Below are positions 59,885-64,000 of a DNA stretch of 64,000 nucleotides, piece after piece. Each line of letters starts with the position of its first letter. The stretch's first letter is position 1. Position numbers and translations under genes: made by a program. Where the stretch lies: assembly GCA_035559535.1 (NCBI GenBank), contig DATMBG010000058.1, positions 62,001-126,000 of the forward strand, read 5' to 3'. The notes under the pieces were generated by a model. That model was not told the origin of the DNA. It worked only from the letters and a program-made list of their open reading frames with translations, and did no database searches. Source of the stretch: Candidatus Limnocylindrales bacterium. GTDB lineage: Bacteria; Moduliflexota; Moduliflexia; Moduliflexales; JAUQPW01.

Positions 59885-60199
59885 TTAGCGGGATAGCTGC
59901 TTTTTCATTTCTTGGGAAAGGTATTTAAAAATTTCATAAAGCTGTTCTTGTAACAGCTCCATACGTTCGATCATTCCTAAGATAACTTCTACTCCCGGCA
60001 GATTAACCTCCAGGTCCCGGGTAAGCTGGATAATAGTGCTTAATCGGCGGAGATCTCTCTCCGAGAAAAGTATTTCGCCCTCTTCATTTCGTTGAGGGGA
60101 AATAAGCCCTTCAGATTCATAAAGGAGAAGCAAGTCAGGCTCAATCTGGCAGACCTCCACGACCCTGGCTAAAGTAACATAAGTCGGTTTAGCATCCAT
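59885..60199 (-). CDS. MerR-like HspR/CbpM chaperone modulator
   Basis: YESEGLI and LTRDLEVNLPGVEVIL; directly downstream of dnaJ. Confidence 0.82.
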   Translation of the reverse strand: MDAKPTYVTLARVVEVCQIEPDLLLLYESEGLISPQRNEEGEILFSERDLRRLSTIIQLTRDLEVNLPGVEVILGMIERMELLQEQLYEIFKYLSQEMKKQLSR

Positions 60200-60217
60200 G
60201 ATCCAAAGTTCTCCTTT

Positions 60218-61363
60218 TTACCTTACCAGGTTCAGTCTAGGATTGTAAGGATTTCGTCTCTCAAATTCCTTTAACAGATCCAGGGAGTAAGAATCTAAAG
60301 AAGGCGGAAGAACAATTTTAACCTTAATATATTGATCTCCCGCCCCTCCCCCTTTCAAGTGCGGAACCCCCTTGCCCCGAAGTCTGAAAACCTGACCACT
60401 TTGGGTTCCAGCCGGTATGGTTAAAAGGGTTTTCCCATCTAACGTGGGGACTTCGATTTTAGCCCCCAGGGCTGCTTCGGTTACCGTTATAGGCACTTCG
60501 CAGTAGAGATCATCTCCTTTTCTTTCAAAGAACGGATGGGGTCGAACCTGGGTAATAATGTATAAATCCCCGCTGGGTCCTCCATTTCGTCCTGAATTTC
60601 CTTTACCGGCCACGCGAACTCTGGACCCGGTATCTACGCCGGGAGGAATTTTAACATCGATACTTTCTTCCTTATGAACGGTTCCAACCCCTTTACATCG
60701 AGTACAGGCATAGGTGTTGACCTTTCCGCTTCCACCACATCGGGGGCAGGGTTGAAAAAAGTTCAGAGGCCCCTGGCCGATGCGTACACGCCCGCTTCCA
60801 CCGCACTCCAGGCAAATTTCCATTCCTCTACCTCTCTGGATTCCTGTTCCATTGCACTCTTCACAGGGTGCTTCCCGAGAAAGGTGAATTCGGGTTGTGG
60901 TACCTCGTACAGCTTGCTCAAAACTCAGCTCCAGCGTGTATTCCAGATCTTCACCCGGTACCGGGGTTGGAGAGTAGGTTGTACTCCTACGTCCTCCGCC
61001 AAACAGATCCCCGAAAAGATCACTGAGATCGGAAAAATCCCTCACCCGAGAACCTCGGGTTCCCCCTATACCCAGGTCCTCAAAAATAGAAGAAAAATCC
61101 GGGGGTCGCCATTGGTATCCTCCGGTACCAAATCCTCTGGAAAAGGCTTCGAACCCTAATTGATCATACTGCTTCCGCTTTTCTGGATCACTGAGGACTT
61201 GATAGGCTTCTGAAATCTCTTTGAACTTCTCTTCAGCCTTTTTATCTCCAGGGTTCACATCTGGATGGTACTTGCGGGCTAATTTTCTATAGGCTTTCTT
61301 AATTTCTTCTTCTGAAGCTGTCTTTGATACACCTAATATTTTATAATAATCTTTCTCAGCCAT
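60218..61363 (-). CDS. dnaJ: Molecular chaperone DnaJ
   Basis: J domain with HPD, G/F region, four CxxCxGxG motifs, C-terminal domain. Confidence 0.95.
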   Translation of the reverse strand: MAEKDYYKILGVSKTASEEEIKKAYRKLARKYHPDVNPGDKKAEEKFKEISEAYQVLSDPEKRKQYDQLGFEAFSRGFGTGGYQWRPPDFSSIFEDLGIGGTRGSRVRDFSDLSDLFGDLFGGGRRSTTYSPTPVPGEDLEYTLELSFEQAVRGTTTRIHLSREAPCEECNGTGIQRGRGMEICLECGGSGRVRIGQGPLNFFQPCPRCGGSGKVNTYACTRCKGVGTVHKEESIDVKIPPGVDTGSRVRVAGKGNSGRNGGPSGDLYIITQVRPHPFFERKGDDLYCEVPITVTEAALGAKIEVPTLDGKTLLTIPAGTQSGQVFRLRGKGVPHLKGGGAGDQYIKVKIVLPPSLDSYSLDLLKEFERRNPYNPRLNLVR

Positions 61364-61507
61364 AACTCATTATCCTCTCCTATGTATATAGAATAGGGCT
61401 TTTTTCAAAAATTGCATAGCCCCTGTACGGAAAACCGGGATTTTAAGATTAAAAAGGTAGACGGAGTTAAAACGGGGTATTCCTAAGGGGTGTAGAAATT
61501 CTTCAAT

Positions 61508-62176
61508 TTAGATTCGCTCTTTTTTCTTAGGAGGCTCCAGGAGATTCAGGATGGTTTTTTCACATAAATTCGTTTGCCGATCCAACCGCTCAAGATGTTT
61601 TCGAATAGCCTCATCGGTATCTTCTAATTTTTTCGTCAGGTAAGTTATAAAAGTTCTGATCAGGGAAAGGTAATTTTGTAATTCGTATCGGATATGTTTG
61701 GTAACCTCTTCAGAAAGGAAGGATAGTCCTTCTAATTGAGTGGAAGGAGTCTGATTTAAAACTTTAAGTTCGTCTTTAAGCTTCTTTATTTCCCGTTGAC
61801 AATCTTGATACTCCAAAGCTCTTTGAATCATTAAGAGTAATTGATTGATATCTCCTAAGGGTTTGAACAGCCAGCTATAGATACCTGCATGCCCCAGCTC
61901 TTGTAAGTTCCCGCTAAAAGTAAAATCCCCGGTTATCAAAATACCCAAGATATTTGGATCTAACTCTCGGGCTCTCTTTATAACCTCCAGTCCATTGACT
62001 CGGGGCATCTTCAAATCAACGACCAAAAGATCAAACTTCTGGCCATTTAACAATTGAAGCGCCTGTTCGCCACTCAACGCCGTTGCAACTTCATAACCCC
62101 CACTGATCAGGAATTCTTTTAAAAACTCCAGAATATCTGCTTCATCCTCTACAGCCAGAATCCGAGCTTTTCCCAT
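61508..62176 (-). CDS. Response regulator with coiled coil and degenerate HisKA-like tail
   Basis: REC motifs VEDE, VDLKMP, ITG, FKP; tail IRYELQNYLSLI; no HATPase domain. Confidence 0.8.
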   Translation of the reverse strand: MGKARILAVEDEADILEFLKEFLISGGYEVATALSGEQALQLLNGQKFDLLVVDLKMPRVNGLEVIKRARELDPNILGILITGDFTFSGNLQELGHAGIYSWLFKPLGDINQLLLMIQRALEYQDCQREIKKLKDELKVLNQTPSTQLEGLSFLSEEVTKHIRYELQNYLSLIRTFITYLTKKLEDTDEAIRKHLERLDRQTNLCEKTILNLLEPPKKKERI

Positions 62177-62423
62177 AAAAACCCTCTCTCATCCTATAAA
62201 CGCTTATTCTATAGACCCCCACTTTAAACCTTCCTTTTAAACAGGTCTTATAATAAAATATTAATTAATTTCGCTAAAAAATCAACAAAATTAACTTGAA
62301 TTATACTTTTATTTCGTTTAGGTCGGATCAGAGATCTTTTTATGGTAAAAAATGTTACTTTATGACTTTAAACTTTGGTTCCTCAAGGTCAGCCTAAGAC
62401 TTCAGGATTTTGATTTCTATTGG

Positions 62424-62452
62424 TTGACAGGGAGCTATTTTCTCCCTATCTT
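62424..62452 (+). promoter_or_regulatory. Sigma70-type promoter for the pur operon
   Basis: TTGACA-17 bp-TATCTT. Confidence 0.55.
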
Positions 62453-62501
62453 TATGTTGTAACAGAATCCCAAAGAACCTTCTCAACGGGGAGGAAGCTA
62501 A

Positions 62502-63242
62502 ATGGTACAAACCATCTATGAAGGCAAGGCTAAGATCGTTAAGGATCAGGAAGGCCCCCAAGAAGTTTCTATCTTCTTCAAGGATGATGCAACGGCTTTT
62601 GATGGTTTAAAGAAGGATAAAATTCCTCAAAAGGGTTTTTACAATGCTCGAATAACCTGTCTCATCTTCCGGTATCTAGAAAAAAAAGGAATCAAAACCC
62701 ATTTTATTCGGGAACTGGATGAACGAACCTTTCTGGCGAAAAAACTTCAGATGATCCCCATCGAAGTCATCGTTCGAAACCGGGCTACCGGAAGTTTAGT
62801 CAAACGAATCGGTCTGAAAGAAGGAGAGATTTTGAGCCCTCCGGTTGTGGAATTTTATTATAAAAATGACCCTCTACACGACCCTTTAATCAATGAGGAT
62901 CATGCACGAGTTCTTAAACTGGCCAGTTCAGAAGAACTCTCCCAACTCCGTAAACAAGCTTTAGAGGTTAATAACCTGTTGGTTCCGGTATGTGACCAGG
63001 CTGACCTGATCCTGGTGGACTTCAAGCTGGAATTTGGTCGATATCGGGGTGAAATTCTCCTGGGGGATGAGATATCTCCGGATACCTGTAGATTTTGGGA
63101 TAAGTATACCGGAAAAAAATTAGATAAGGATCGATTCCGGCAAGACTTAGGAGAAGTCATCGAGGCCTATGAAGAGGTTTATCACCGGCTTTCTAAAGTG
63201 ATAAATCAGGAATCAGTCCTTCAGAGTCGGCCTTCAGAATAA
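62502..63242 (+). CDS. purC: SAICAR synthetase
   Basis: Motifs YEGKAK, FKDDATAF, LVDFKLEFG, DEISPDTCRFWD, DKDRFR. Confidence 0.96.
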   Translation: MVQTIYEGKAKIVKDQEGPQEVSIFFKDDATAFDGLKKDKIPQKGFYNARITCLIFRYLEKKGIKTHFIRELDERTFLAKKLQMIPIEVIVRNRATGSLVKRIGLKEGEILSPPVVEFYYKNDPLHDPLINEDHARVLKLASSEELSQLRKQALEVNNLLVPVCDQADLILVDFKLEFGRYRGEILLGDEISPDTCRFWDKYTGKKLDKDRFRQDLGEVIEAYEEVYHRLSKVINQESVLQSRPSE

Positions 63243-63288
63243 CTGATAACTTTTGAATTCTGACTCCGGCTTCTGGTTCCTGTTTTCC

Positions 63289-63531
63289 ATGCTGACGGCT
63301 AAAATTTATATCACCCTTAAAAAAGGGGTTTTAGACCCTCAAGGAATAACCATTCAGGAGGCTTTACAGAACTTAGGTTATCAAAATGTTCGAGAGACCC
63401 GGGTTGGTAAACTTATCGAAATCCAATTAAATTCGGTTTCCAGGGAAGAGGCAGAGCAGCAAGTCCATAAAATGTGTCAGGAACTGCTGGCTAATCCGGT
63501 CATCGAGCAATATGAATTTACCTTATCATGA
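63289..63531 (+). CDS. purS: FGAM synthase subunit PurS
   Basis: [26 protein letters not shown]; start placed at ATG 63289. Confidence 0.95.
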   Translation: MLTAKIYITLKKGVLDPQGITIQEALQNLGYQNVRETRVGKLIEIQLNSVSREEAEQQVHKMCQELLANPVIEQYEFTLS

Positions 63532-64000
63532 AATTCGGTGTCGTTGTTTTTCCGGGATCCAATTGTGATCAGGATACCTACCAGGCCCTCCAACAGGTTA
63601 CAGGCCAGCAGGTGGAGTACATCTGGCACAAGGAGACAAAGCTGGGAAATTACGACGGGATTATTCTCCCCGGAGGATTCAGTTATGGAGATTATCTAAG
63701 GGCCGGGGCTATTGCACGGTTTTCCAAAATCATGCCCAGTATCATCAACTTTGCCCGAAGTGGAGGACTGGTCCTGGGAATTTGTAATGGATTTCAGATT
63801 CTCCTGGAAAGTGGCTTATTACCGGGAACGATGATGAAAAACCGCACATTGCAATTTATCTGTAAGGATGTCTATGTAAAAATCGAGCAGAACACCACGC
63901 CTTTCACCCTGGACTATGAGAAAAACCAGGTGATAACCCTTCCCATTGCCCATTCCGAAGGAAACTATTACACCGATCCAAAGACGTTAGAAGAATTGGA
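63528..64000 (+). CDS. purQ: FGAM synthase subunit PurQ (partial, runs off window)
   Basis: ATGA overlap with purS; reads [14 protein letters not shown]...[15 protein letters not shown]...GICNGFQIL. Confidence 0.95.
   Translation, partial: MKFGVVVFPGSNCDQDTYQALQQVTGQQVEYIWHKETKLGNYDGIILPGGFSYGDYLRAGAIARFSKIMPSIINFARSGGLVLGICNGFQILLESGLLPGTMMKNRTLQFICKDVYVKIEQNTTPFTLDYEKNQVITLPIAHSEGNYYTDPKTLEEL

Overview
Bacterial chromosomal window with mid-range GC; taxon cannot be assigned from this sequence alone. No rRNA, tRNA, CRISPR array, transposase or prophage was recognised. The main feature is a 21-kb tandemly duplicated type IV pilin-like locus (8.1-29.5 kb). Each copy has a PilX/GspK-like gene, a giant 1415 or 1520 aa protein with a class III prepilin leader, and a ~450-470 aa PilW-like gene. 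Each copy is preceded by a paralogous Cache-GAF sensor kinase: the first has lost its phospho-His (HisKA) segment, the second is intact and paired with a sigma54 activator. A candidate UAS/IHF/sigma54 promoter lies before copy 2. A second unusual operon (40.2-47.4 kb) has two PilB/GspE-like ATPases with degenerate catalytic motifs (one with an intact-looking MshEN c-di-GMP motif), a HEAT protein and an HD-GYP phosphodiesterase. The rest includes a large secreted beta-propeller/FG-GAP protein, surface-polysaccharide genes, a PepSY-TM/HEAT/FGE-sulfatase operon, a KaiC-like ATPase with a hybrid kinase, hup, ruvX, dnaJ and purC-purS-purQ. Intergenic DNA carries at least three families of palindromic dispersed repeats, some nested. 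All family calls come from motif reading by eye; no searches were run.
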